NCBI GenBank assembly: GCA_964399755.1
Contig: CAYNSL010000003.1
Span: 840-64,839 of the forward strand
DNA: 64,000 bases
Source: an uncultured Chitinophaga sp.
Lineage (GTDB): Bacteria; Bacteroidota; Bacteroidia; Chitinophagales; Chitinophagaceae
Direction: 5' to 3'
This document shows positions 1-9,008 of this stretch, in pieces. The translations under genes were made by a program, and so were the position numbers. Each line of letters begins with the position of its first letter. The first letter of the stretch is position 1. The notes under the pieces are model-generated. The model was not told where the DNA came from and did not search any database. It saw only the letters and a program-made list of their open reading frames with translations.

Positions 1-72
1 GCTTACCTGCAGTCGACCAAACCGGTGAGCAACGTGGTACCGGCGCCCAAATCATTCGACGATCTTAAATAA
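1..72 (+). CDS. 3' end of a gene truncated by the window edge, possibly a cytochrome c family protein
   Basis: Frame 1 reads AYLQSTKPVSNVVPAPKSFDDLK* (TAA at 70-72), co-directional with the next gene. It resembles the 'AYL.S..PV.N.VP' C-terminus of Bacteroidota c-type cytochromes (recall only). Confidence 0.45.
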   Translation, partial: AYLQSTKPVSNVVPAPKSFDDLK

Positions 73-104
73 CAGATCTTTTTGAACTGAAGAAACCAAC
101 AGCC

Positions 105-1034
105 ATGAACAACAAGAAAGTGATACTGGTTACCGGCGCTACCGGCCTCCGCGGAGGGGCCGTAGCCCGCGCCCTTCTCAGGCAAAATAAATTCAGGGTG
201 CGCATCCTCACGCGTAACCCCCGCTCGTATAAAGCCCTGCTGCTGCAAAGAGCCGGCGCGGAAATCGCGGTGGGTGATTATGCGGATAAGCAAAGCCTGA
301 TCCGTGCAATGCAGGACAGTTACGGTGTTTTCGGCGTAACCGGGTTCGGTGAAACACCTGAAAAGGAATACGCATGGGGCATGAACCTGATTGATGCCGT
401 TCAGTTAACCGGGATCCGTCATTTCATACTGCTGACCCAGCCCCATTACCATAAAATAAGCCATGGCCGCTTTGCGGTTCCGGGTCATGATGTTAAGGCA
501 AAACTGGAACAATACGCCCGCCGCCTTTCCCTGCCCGCCAGTTTTGTTCAACCCGCCTTTTATTATGAATATTTCCTCGATCTTTTCGCCCCGCAGAAAG
601 ATCACAAAGGCGGATATTATTTCGGGTTTCCCCAGGGAGAAACAAAGATGGCAGCCGCCAGCGTGGAAGACCTCGGGAATATCGTGACCGCGGTATTCGA
701 CCATCCGGAAGAACATATCGGGCAGGTGATCCCCGTAGTGGGCAGCAATCTCAGTCCCGATGAATACGCCGCGGTATTGTCACGCGCCCTGAATAAAAAT
801 ATTTATTACACATATGTCCCGCGGAATATCTATGCCGCTTATGATTTTCCGGGTGCGGAAGACTGGGCCAATTATTTCGAAGTCCAGCGTCTTCACCTGC
901 CCGGCAGGGAACAGGAATTACTCGAAAGTTACCGGCTGAATCCCTGGATGCAGCCCTTTGAAAGCTGGGTGCAGAAGAACCGTGACCAGTTCCTGTCCTA
1001 TTTCAATTCGCTATTCGAAGCGGTGGTGATTTAA
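105..1034 (+). CDS. NmrA/HSCARG family NAD(P)-binding protein
   Basis: N-terminal Rossmann motif ILVTGATGLRGGAVARAL, then VRILTRNP and HF..K..LE (HDVKAKLEQY); 309 aa. Confidence 0.9.
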   Translation: MNNKKVILVTGATGLRGGAVARALLRQNKFRVRILTRNPRSYKALLLQRAGAEIAVGDYADKQSLIRAMQDSYGVFGVTGFGETPEKEYAWGMNLIDAVQLTGIRHFILLTQPHYHKISHGRFAVPGHDVKAKLEQYARRLSLPASFVQPAFYYEYFLDLFAPQKDHKGGYYFGFPQGETKMAAASVEDLGNIVTAVFDHPEEHIGQVIPVVGSNLSPDEYAAVLSRALNKNIYYTYVPRNIYAAYDFPGAEDWANYFEVQRLHLPGREQELLESYRLNPWMQPFESWVQKNRDQFLSYFNSLFEAVVI

Positions 1035-1059
1035 CCGGTAAGGCGCCTGCTGAAGGTAA

Positions 1060-1091
1060 ACCATACCCGGCCCCGGGAGGCGGGGTATGGT
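1060..1091 (+). terminator. Hairpin after the NmrA gene (ACCATACCC...GGGTATGGT)
   Basis: 9-bp inverted repeat at 1060-1068 and 1083-1091; no clear U-tract. Confidence 0.4.
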
Positions 1092-1095
1092 CTAT

Positions 1096-1126
1096 ACGAT
1101 CCATACCGGGTTTACCCCAATTCATC
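1096..1126 (+). promoter_or_regulatory. Putative LytTR-type direct repeat pair (ACGATCCATA-N11-CCAATTCATC)
   Basis: Two imperfect 10-mers with a 21-bp period upstream of the LytS/LytS/LytTR operon, similar to the pairs at 7264-7294 and 7405-7435. Confidence 0.4.
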
Positions 1127-1195
1127 CCGCCCGGGACACAACCCAACTGCCAGCCATCCCTGAAATGGGGAAAAGATGGTAATTTGTAATAGGTT

Positions 1196-2257
1196 ATGAA
1201 AGTTCAGTTGCCACGATACACCAGCAAGGACTACCGGGTTTTGGGTTTTGTCATCCTTCCCCTGACGCTGATCATTAACAGCCTTATTTTCGGGTGGGAT
1301 TATTTCAGCCGCTGGGATGTTTTCCTGTTTAGCACCCTGGTTACGGCCCTGCTCTTCAGTGTCGATTTTATTCTCTGCGGAGCCGTGGCCGTGCTGATGA
1401 AGAAAAGATACCCCCGGGAAACGCAGGTGGAAAGAAGGTTGACCTACATGATTTTTTTCTTTATCATGATCACCGGTCTTTTCCTGGTCACCCTGTTCAA
1501 GGGCTATGAACTGATCCCCTTCCTCGGTTATTCTTTTAATGAAGACGGTTTTGCCTGGGCCTATATCGGGATGGGCATCATCAATATTTTCCTCACGTTT
1601 TTACATGAAGGCATCGCGCGTTATGAGAACTGGAAGTCGAACCTGCAGGAAACGGAAGCCCTGAACAAAGTGTACCGGCAAACGCGTTTGCAGGGACTGA
1701 AAAGCCAGATCAACCCGCATTTCCTGTTCAACAGTCTCAATTCCCTTTCCAGCCTGATCCACGAGGATCAGAAAAAAGGCGAGAAGTTCCTGGATGAAAT
1801 GAGCAAAGTGTACCGGTACATGCTGCACAACGACGAAGAAGCCCTGGTGCCCCTGGAAACCGAACTGAAATTCCTGGATTCCTACCTGCATATCCTGCAG
1901 GCGCGCCACCGCGAAGGACTGCGTATCAGCGTTCATATAACGGAAACGGATAAGGGAAAATGGCTGCCCCCGCTCACCCTGCAGACCATCATCGAAAACT
2001 GCGTAACCCTGAATGCCATTTGCCGCGACTGCCCGCTGGAGATCAGGATCGCGAGCGACCGTGAAGGAAATATCATCATCAGCAATAATGTCATTCCCAA
2101 AATGGCGGCCGAAACGCCGGATAACCTCCCCGGGCTGGATAACCTCGTGAAGAAATACCGGTTGCTGAACCAGCGTGACGTATGGGTTGAAACCCGCGAC
2201 CAATGGCGAACGATCCGCCTGCCCCTGATCGAGAAAAAAGAGGAGGCCCTGGTATGA
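1196..2257 (+). CDS. LytS/YehU-type membrane sensor histidine kinase (His_kinase family)
   Basis: About four N-terminal TM helices; H-box LKSQINPHFLFNSLN; 'LETELKFLDSYL'; 'PPLTLQTIIEN'. Confidence 0.9.
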   Translation: MKVQLPRYTSKDYRVLGFVILPLTLIINSLIFGWDYFSRWDVFLFSTLVTALLFSVDFILCGAVAVLMKKRYPRETQVERRLTYMIFFFIMITGLFLVTLFKGYELIPFLGYSFNEDGFAWAYIGMGIINIFLTFLHEGIARYENWKSNLQETEALNKVYRQTRLQGLKSQINPHFLFNSLNSLSSLIHEDQKKGEKFLDEMSKVYRYMLHNDEEALVPLETELKFLDSYLHILQARHREGLRISVHITETDKGKWLPPLTLQTIIENCVTLNAICRDCPLEIRIASDREGNIIISNNVIPKMAAETPDNLPGLDNLVKKYRLLNQRDVWVETRDQWRTIRLPLIEKKEEALV

Positions 2258-3333
2258 AATGGGTGAAACCAAAAAGACTGGAAGTACATTCCTTTCTCAT
2301 CAGTATGCCGATCATCGACCTGGCAATACAGCTGATCCTCTTTGACGGCCGGACCTGGCATGACCCGAAGATCTGGCTGATCTCATACCCCCTGATCTTC
2401 GCGATCGGCGTGATGTCATGGTACGCGCAAACCGTCTATTCGCACGGCGTGGAGAAAAAATTTCCCGCGCTGAGCCAGAGCCGGACTAGGATCTTCCGCA
2501 AGGCGATGGTGCTGATCCTGCTGATGACGCCCAGTGTATTGTTTATCGTGTTTCTCTATGACAGCCTGCATATACTGGGGTATCATTTGCGGCAATGGGA
2601 CCTTATCAAAATCGTGATCCTCGGTTTCTGCGTCAACCTGGTCTTTGTTACCCTTTATGAGAGCGATTATATGCTGGGTAAATACCGGGAGTCGGTGATG
2701 GAAAAGGAATCCCTGCGGCAGTTGTCGCTGCAACAGGAATTCGACACGCTCAAGGGCCAGGTTAACCCGCATTTCCTGTTTAACTGCTTCAATACCCTTT
2801 CTTCACTGATCACCGAAGACAAACAAAAGGCCGAGATCTTTCTGAACGAACTGAGCAAAGTATACCGCTACCTGCTGCGCAATAACGAAGACGGCCTCAG
2901 CACCCTGCAGAATGAGATCAGGTTCATTGAATCCTATTACCGCCTGCTGCAAACCCGGCACGGGGAAGCGGTGCAGGTGAATATCGAAACCGACAAACGA
3001 TACGATTCCTACCTGCTGCCCTCGCTGAGCCTGCAATTACTCGTAGAGAACGTGGTAAAGCATAATGTACTCTCTAAAAACATGCCCCTCATCATTGATA
3101 TATTTACCGTGGCCGGGAATAAGCTCGTGGTCAATAACAACCTCCAGCGCCGGACGGTAAAAGCCCCGAGCAATAAAGTGGGGCTGGAGAATATCCGGGC
3201 CAAATACGCCCTGCTGAAACAGCCGGGGTTCCAGATCATAGAAGACAAAAACAATTTTACCGTGGTGCTGCCCCTGCTCTGGAACAACAGTATGGAAAGC
3301 AAAAAGCTGATGACAGCGGAACAAAAATCATGA
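2254..3333 (+). CDS. Second LytS/YehU-type membrane sensor histidine kinase
   Basis: ATGA overlap with the upstream stop places the start at 2254 (ORF track 2203); H-box LKGQVNPHFLFNCFN; 'LQLLVENVVKHN'; 'VGLENIRAKY'. Confidence 0.9.
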   Translation: MKWVKPKRLEVHSFLISMPIIDLAIQLILFDGRTWHDPKIWLISYPLIFAIGVMSWYAQTVYSHGVEKKFPALSQSRTRIFRKAMVLILLMTPSVLFIVFLYDSLHILGYHLRQWDLIKIVILGFCVNLVFVTLYESDYMLGKYRESVMEKESLRQLSLQQEFDTLKGQVNPHFLFNCFNTLSSLITEDKQKAEIFLNELSKVYRYLLRNNEDGLSTLQNEIRFIESYYRLLQTRHGEAVQVNIETDKRYDSYLLPSLSLQLLVENVVKHNVLSKNMPLIIDIFTVAGNKLVVNNNLQRRTVKAPSNKVGLENIRAKYALLKQPGFQIIEDKNNFTVVLPLLWNNSMESKKLMTAEQKS

Positions 3334-3352
3334 TAACCAAAAAATGAAGGCT

Positions 3353-4117
3353 ATGAAAGTGCTCATCGTGGAAGACGAAGAACTGGCGGTGAAAAAACTG
3401 ATGAAGACCCTGCAGGCCGCGGATCCCGGCGTGGAAGTGATCGGGGTAACCGACAGTATCAGGAATACGGTGGAATGGCTGCAGCGCAACCCGCCACCCG
3501 AACTGATCCTCATGGATATCGAATTGTCGGACGGGCAAAGCTTTGAAATATTCAACCTCACCGAAGTAAAAAGCCCGGTGATCTTTACCACTTCATACGA
3601 TGAATACGCGCTGCGCGCCTTCAAGGTAAACAGCGTAGACTACCTCCTGAAGCCCATCCAGCAGGAAGAGCTGCAGGCGGCCCTCGCCAAATTCAGGAAA
3701 ATGAAATCCGGCCAGCCGGCCGAACTGAACCTCGACAGCCTGGTGCGGGAACTGCAGCAGAAATTGCAGCCCAAAGAATTCCGTAAACGATTCCTTGTTA
3801 AACACGGCCAGAAGCTGGTGAGTATCGAAGTGGAGGATATCGCCTATTTCTACAGCGATGGCCGGCTGAATTTCTTCAAGACGGAAGACAACCGCAAATT
3901 CGTCGTGGATTATACAATGGACGAACTGGAAGACATGCTGGACCCCGACAAGTATTTCCGGATCAGCCGATCCTTTTATGTTTCGGTAAACAGTATCGAA
4001 AAGATCGACGATTATTTCGGGAACCGGCTCATCCTGCAGCTCAAACCCGCCGTTGACAAAGAAGCCCTGGTGAGCCGTGAAAAAGTGAGCGATTTCAAAA
4101 AATGGATGGGTAAATAA
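3353..4117 (+). CDS. LytTR family response regulator
   Basis: Receiver domain (VLIVEDE, LILMDIELSDG, DYLLKP) plus LytTR domain (LDPDKYFRISRSFYV, VSREKVSDFKKW). Start 3344 or 3353. Confidence 0.95.
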   Translation: MKVLIVEDEELAVKKLMKTLQAADPGVEVIGVTDSIRNTVEWLQRNPPPELILMDIELSDGQSFEIFNLTEVKSPVIFTTSYDEYALRAFKVNSVDYLLKPIQQEELQAALAKFRKMKSGQPAELNLDSLVRELQQKLQPKEFRKRFLVKHGQKLVSIEVEDIAYFYSDGRLNFFKTEDNRKFVVDYTMDELEDMLDPDKYFRISRSFYVSVNSIEKIDDYFGNRLILQLKPAVDKEALVSREKVSDFKKWMGK

Positions 4118-4118
4118 T

Positions 4119-7100
4119 TCAGACCGTCGGGACTTCCAGCGTAATCACCGAATTTGTTTTCCTCACATCGATCATGATGCTGGCCTGCATCGCTTCCAGT
4201 CTTTTTTCCAGGTCTTGCCGGTGCAGCAGGTTGTTCAGTTGCTGCATATCGCAGCATTCTGTTTCAAATTGTGTGGTAAACACAAGGTTTCCTTTTTCAA
4301 GACTGATGTACACGTGGCAGTTGCGGGCGCCTACGGTAACCAGGTTCTTGAGTCCTTCCTTGAAAAGCAGGAACGCTTCGTGGCGCAGGCGCATATTGAG
4401 TTCAAGCGCTTCCACTTTTTTGTCGACGGCCATTTCGATATTGACGCCATAACGGTTCCTCAGCGCGTCGATATATTCCCGCATCCGGTCCGTGGTCTTC
4501 ACCATATTATCATTCTCAGGATTAATGCTCCAGAGCATATCATCCATGGCGATGATCATATTATGGCTCTTGGTATGAATCTGTTCAATGTATTCCTTTG
4601 ATTTTTCGGGGTCCTTACCGGCCTTGATCCGTGCCATTTCACTCAGGATATTGATATTGTTCAGGGCGGTATTCACCTGTTCGTGCAGGTTACCCGCAAT
4701 ATCGCTGCGCATCCGCTGGATGGCTTCCTTTCTTTTCATCCGTTCCCGGTCTAGCCAGAAAAAGAAAAGACCGGCGGCCAGCGCCAGCAGGGTCAGGAAC
4801 CACCAGCTCTTCCAGAACGGAGGTTCGACGCGGATCGACAGGGTTGTCATTATTTTACCGGCATCACCCATTTCATCCAGGGCCAGCATGCGGAAAGTGT
4901 ATTTGCCCGATGGCAGGTAAGAATATACAGCCTGGTTGCTGCGGTCGGCCACCCGCCATTGTTTGTCCAGCCCTTCCAGTTTATACTTGATCAGGTTGGG
5001 ACTGGAATAGGTAAGCGATGAAAATTCGATCACCACGGAATTATTATTGTGCTTCAGTCTCACCTGCCGGAGCCGCAGCAGGGAATCCACCTGCAGCGCT
5101 TTGTTCATCACGACGAACCCGGTAATGCTGACCTGTGGCGGGGTCTTGCCGGTTTTAATGGCTGCCGGGTCGAAGATCACGAACTGGTCCGTGCTGCCGA
5201 ATGCCAGCCGGCCATCGGGCAATGCGAGTGAAGCCGACAACGTGAAATGGTCATTATCGATTCCGTCGTCGCGGTTAAAACGGATAAACACCCGGCTGCG
5301 GGGGTTCACCCGGTAAATGCCTGTCGTCGTGGCCACCCATAAATGACCCGATCGGTCCCGCTGTACCGAGGCGATAAGACCCGAGAGCGTCTCGGGCGTT
5401 CCGATATATAGCGATCTCTTCAGATAGCGGTTATACAGGATGATCTGAACGGAAGTGGTGATCACCATCGTACTGTCGTCGTATTCCATCACAGCCGATG
5501 TGGCGGCTTCCGGTAAATGCAAAGCACCAGCAGCCGATGGATCAAAATGCAGCAGTATCTCATCGGCTACCGGATCGACGGCATAAACCCCGCCGGCCGC
5601 GGTCGCTATCCAAACCCAGCCCAGGTGGTCAACCGTAATTTTATTGATCTGGATGGCCGGTATCTTATCAAACCGGCTGATCCCGTCTTCGAATTTTTTC
5701 CGGCCCCTGGAAGCGTCCCATTTGAAAACACCGTTGCCCTGCAGTCCCAGCCATAGATTGCCCTGGCGGTCTTCCGCGATTTGCCGCACAGTTTTATTTT
5801 GCAATTGCGGCGGATTGTAAAAAGTGGCGGAACGGGTTGCCTGGTTGATGGCATAAATACCGGGTTGCGCCGATGCCCAGATGGTGTTACTGTCGCGTGA
5901 CTGGATCATGCACCAGACGGAAGGTCCCAGTTTATTATCGATCCCCCTGATATTGGTAGGCATCAGGTTTCCGTCTTTGTCATACTGGAACAGCCCGTCG
6001 CCCCATGATCCCGCCAGCAATGTTCCCCAGCGCGTACAGACCAGCGACATGATACTTCCCTTACCCCGGTTGCCGGAAACACGGTTTTGGTGCGCCATAT
6101 TCCTGAAAAACTGTTCGTCGGGGTTAAAGCGGAACAACCCGTTATTATTGGTGGCGACCCATAAATTGTTTTCCCGGTCTTCGATGATCGCGTTGATCCG
6201 CTCGAAAACGATACTGCGTTCATTCGTGTAGGTATTGCTGACCAGCTCGAATTTTTTTTCCTTTTCCAGGTATTGCGCCAGCACACCCAGCCCCCCGATC
6301 CAGATACTGCCGTCTTTTTTTTCAAAGAAATCCTGGATTTCATAATAGGTTTTCAGGGTGCTGATCAGTTCGTAATGGGAAGGAGCGACACCTGGTTCCT
6401 GCAGGTTATAACAATAAACTTCCGGGTAACCCGGTCCCCAGCTCTGAAACCAGACCCGGCCCTTCGAATCGAAATAGGGACGATAGGGGGTGGGGATCCT
6501 GTCGAGCATCTCTATGGCGGGCTCGTTATCGGCATTGTGTTCCGCATAGCTCAAATGACCGTTGGCTCCGTTGTAAATCGCAAAGCCCGCGCCCTGCAGG
6601 CTGATCCAGTATTTGCGGGTACCGGGTTGCTGCGCGAATCCTGAAGGCTTCGCATCGGGTGGTAACCGGAAAAAATTATAACGGTATGAAAATTCGTTTT
6701 GTTTTTCATTCCAGGTCAGCAGTTCATTCCCCATCAGCAGCAGGAAGAGATTGCCGTATTCATCCGTGATCAGCCGTTTGATCGAAGGACGCAGCCCGCT
6801 TTCATTTTTGGCGGTAACGGTAACGGGATGAAAAGTAAAATTCCGGGTATCAAAAATGCCGATCTGTCCTTCGGCGGTCAGGACCCAGAGATTTTCTTTC
6901 TTGTCGATCAGTAATTGCCAGATCAGGTTGGAAGGAAGGGAGGAGGGCAGGTTATGATCGCGGCGGAAGGTCCGGAACCGGGTTCCGTCGTAACGCTGCA
7001 ATCCGTCATTGGTGCCCACCCAGATAAATCCCCTTGAATCCTGGATAGTAGTATTGATTTCACTGGAGATCAGCCCGGAACTGGTGCTGTAATGCGTAAA

Positions 7101-7187
7101 ATAATATTGTTTACCGTCCTGTGCGCAGGCAAGAAAGGAAAGAAAAAGAAGACCGGTCAGCAAAAGGGGATATTTCCGCAATGCCAT
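4119..7187 (-). CDS. Beta-propeller (Reg_prop) / Y_Y_Y periplasmic sensor with HisKA_3-like domain and degenerate HATPase
   Basis: Signal peptide; repeated 'D..G.IW.GT..GL' blades; YKLEGLD..W Y_Y_Y motif; TM 'PPFWKSWWF'; 'IAGNLHEQV' H-box. Confidence 0.85.
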   Translation of the reverse strand: MALRKYPLLLTGLLFLSFLACAQDGKQYYFTHYSTSSGLISSEINTTIQDSRGFIWVGTNDGLQRYDGTRFRTFRRDHNLPSSLPSNLIWQLLIDKKENLWVLTAEGQIGIFDTRNFTFHPVTVTAKNESGLRPSIKRLITDEYGNLFLLLMGNELLTWNEKQNEFSYRYNFFRLPPDAKPSGFAQQPGTRKYWISLQGAGFAIYNGANGHLSYAEHNADNEPAIEMLDRIPTPYRPYFDSKGRVWFQSWGPGYPEVYCYNLQEPGVAPSHYELISTLKTYYEIQDFFEKKDGSIWIGGLGVLAQYLEKEKKFELVSNTYTNERSIVFERINAIIEDRENNLWVATNNNGLFRFNPDEQFFRNMAHQNRVSGNRGKGSIMSLVCTRWGTLLAGSWGDGLFQYDKDGNLMPTNIRGIDNKLGPSVWCMIQSRDSNTIWASAQPGIYAINQATRSATFYNPPQLQNKTVRQIAEDRQGNLWLGLQGNGVFKWDASRGRKKFEDGISRFDKIPAIQINKITVDHLGWVWIATAAGGVYAVDPVADEILLHFDPSAAGALHLPEAATSAVMEYDDSTMVITTSVQIILYNRYLKRSLYIGTPETLSGLIASVQRDRSGHLWVATTTGIYRVNPRSRVFIRFNRDDGIDNDHFTLSASLALPDGRLAFGSTDQFVIFDPAAIKTGKTPPQVSITGFVVMNKALQVDSLLRLRQVRLKHNNNSVVIEFSSLTYSSPNLIKYKLEGLDKQWRVADRSNQAVYSYLPSGKYTFRMLALDEMGDAGKIMTTLSIRVEPPFWKSWWFLTLLALAAGLFFFWLDRERMKRKEAIQRMRSDIAGNLHEQVNTALNNINILSEMARIKAGKDPEKSKEYIEQIHTKSHNMIIAMDDMLWSINPENDNMVKTTDRMREYIDALRNRYGVNIEMAVDKKVEALELNMRLRHEAFLLFKEGLKNLVTVGARNCHVYISLEKGNLVFTTQFETECCDMQQLNNLLHRQDLEKRLEAMQASIMIDVRKTNSVITLEVPTV

Positions 7188-7263
7188 GGATTATTATCGT
7201 CGTCAAATTTACTCATTGCAGGCCGATACCAGCTCGGGCCCTGTATGAATTGCGCATTTGGTC

Positions 7264-7294
7264 ATTGAATTGAACAAAACACCAGATGAACTGA
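7264..7294 (-). promoter_or_regulatory. Putative LytTR-type direct repeat pair on the minus strand (TCAGTTCATC-N11-TCAATTCAAT)
   Basis: Plus strand ATTGAATTGA (7264-7273) and GATGAACTGA (7285-7294), 21-bp period, upstream of the propeller sensor gene. Confidence 0.5.
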
Positions 7295-7404
7295 TAACCG
7301 GAAAATTGATGCGCAAGACCCCGTTTCCGGGTGACGGTAAAGGCCCTCGTCTTTAACATTTTTTTCAGACTTAAGTTAATGAAAGTTAATTAGTTGCCAT
7401 TTAC

Positions 7405-7435
7405 TCAATTAATCCTGCAAACCCGGCATTTCATA
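7405..7435 (+). promoter_or_regulatory. Putative LytTR-type direct repeat pair (TCAATTAATC-N11-GCATTTCATA)
   Basis: 21-bp period; matches the NCANTTCATN pattern; upstream of the small ORF at 7538. Confidence 0.45.
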
Positions 7436-7443
7436 CATACTGA

Positions 7444-7461
7444 ACTTGACCCGGGTCAAGT
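7444..7461. promoter_or_regulatory. Perfect 18-bp palindrome ACTTGACCCGGGTCAAGT
   Basis: Exact self-reverse-complement, between the direct repeats and a CATCTTTG -7-like element. Confidence 0.55.
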
Positions 7462-7537
7462 GCTGCTACATCTTTGTGTAAGCAAAAATGGATTGAACCG
7501 GTCTTAAGCCAGCCGGGAAAACCTGAAAACCTTAGCC

Positions 7538-7693
7538 ATGAAAAAGATTATTGATTACAGCATCCTGGCGATCCTGGCCGCAGCGGCCTCGGCTATCGTC
7601 TTCCAGTTTGACGTAGGTAAGGAACTGGGCGTATTTATCAAATCCGTAACGCAGAAACTGGCGCCCTGGGTTAATACCTCCGTTTACTCATGA
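7538..7693 (+). CDS. Small 51-aa hydrophobic protein (below the ORF-track cutoff)
   Basis: ATG 7538, TGA 7691-7693: MKKIIDYSILAILAAAASAIVFQFDVGKELGVFIKSVTQKLAPWVNTSVYS. A-rich leader; fills an otherwise empty gap; overlaps the convergent gene end by 10 nt. Confidence 0.65.
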   Translation: MKKIIDYSILAILAAAASAIVFQFDVGKELGVFIKSVTQKLAPWVNTSVYS

Positions 7694-8820
7694 ATGATTT
7701 GTTTACCATGATCGGCCATATGCGGATCCGGCTTCGTGAACCTTTTCTGTATCGGGCCCAGCCGGCCGAACAGCAGGGTGATGGCCAGCATGAACAGCAC
7801 CAGGATGCAAAACGTATATTCCTGGCGCATGAACCTGAGCCAGTACACTTCGATCAGAATAAAACCATGAAAGAAACAAATCAGTTTAGCTGCGAAACCA
7901 TGACTGAAACCCTGGTTGGTGAGCAGGTGGTGAATATGTGTCTTATCGGCCACGAAGGGCGATTTACCTCTCCAGGTACGCTTCCCGAAAACGCGGAGGG
8001 TATCGAAGACGGGAATCATCACGATACCCAGCACAAACACGGGCCCGTTCGGCAATACCGGGCTGGACACACTGCCGTTTACCTGCATCAGCCGGATGCA
8101 GAGCACCGCGGTCACGAAACCCAGCACCAGTGACCCCGTATCTCCCATAAATATCTTCGCGGGATTAAAATTAAAATACAGAAAGGCAAGTATGCCGCCG
8201 GCCAGCGAAAATGCCACGAGGGCTGTATAAACATCGCCGTTCATGCTGAGGAAAATTCCCAGCGTGATCAGGCTCATAAACCCAAGGCCCCCTGCCAGCC
8301 CGTCAATACCATCGATCAGGTTGAAGGCGTTCGTAATGCCCACGATGGCAAGTATCGTAAAAGTATATTGTGCCGAAACAGGTAATTCGCCGATACCGAA
8401 TAATCCCTCAAAGGAAGTGATCCGGATTCCGGAAATGGCGATCAGACCCGCCAGCGCCAGCTGGATCATGAATTTGTACCGGGCGGAAAGGTCTTTCAGG
8501 TCGTCCAGGATCCCCAAACCGAATAAAATAAATATGGAAAAGAAAAAGCAGACCAGGGGAAGCTGCTGGCTGAACGGGAACCAGAGCAGCAGGGACATCA
8601 TCATCCCGGCCATCACCGCGATACCGCCCATCGTGGGAATGGGCGAAGCATGCAGCTTCCGCGCATTGGGCATATCGTATAACCTGAATTTTTTGATCAG
8701 GAAAATGATGGGGGGAATGGCCATGAGGGTTACCACGAAGGCGGTGATAAACGCGAGCAGGGCGAACTTGTATTCATTGAAATACAGGTCGAGCTGCAAC
8801 AGGTGGAACTGGTTTTTCAT
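7684..8820 (-). CDS. MraY/WecA-like polyprenyl-phosphate HexNAc-1-phosphate transferase (glycosyltransferase family 4)
   Basis: Motifs PTMGGIAV, LGILDDL, ITNAFNLIDGIDGLA, AKIFMGDTGS, DKTHIHH; multiple TM helices. Confidence 0.92.
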   Translation of the reverse strand: MKNQFHLLQLDLYFNEYKFALLAFITAFVVTLMAIPPIIFLIKKFRLYDMPNARKLHASPIPTMGGIAVMAGMMMSLLLWFPFSQQLPLVCFFFSIFILFGLGILDDLKDLSARYKFMIQLALAGLIAISGIRITSFEGLFGIGELPVSAQYTFTILAIVGITNAFNLIDGIDGLAGGLGFMSLITLGIFLSMNGDVYTALVAFSLAGGILAFLYFNFNPAKIFMGDTGSLVLGFVTAVLCIRLMQVNGSVSSPVLPNGPVFVLGIVMIPVFDTLRVFGKRTWRGKSPFVADKTHIHHLLTNQGFSHGFAAKLICFFHGFILIEVYWLRFMRQEYTFCILVLFMLAITLLFGRLGPIQKRFTKPDPHMADHGKQIIHE

Positions 8821-9008
8821 TTGTACCCGGTTTCGGTGGACAGGTATTGGATTGCTGTTCTAAAATAAGGCGCTTTCCGGGGAATGGCAAGCCCGGGGGA
8901 AAGAACGTGGCCGGGAATAAATTTTTCCCCCTGATTAATTGAGGTATTACGATACGATCTTAGGATATTTGCGGGAGACGCACCGTATTTTTCACATCCA
9001 TGACTGCC

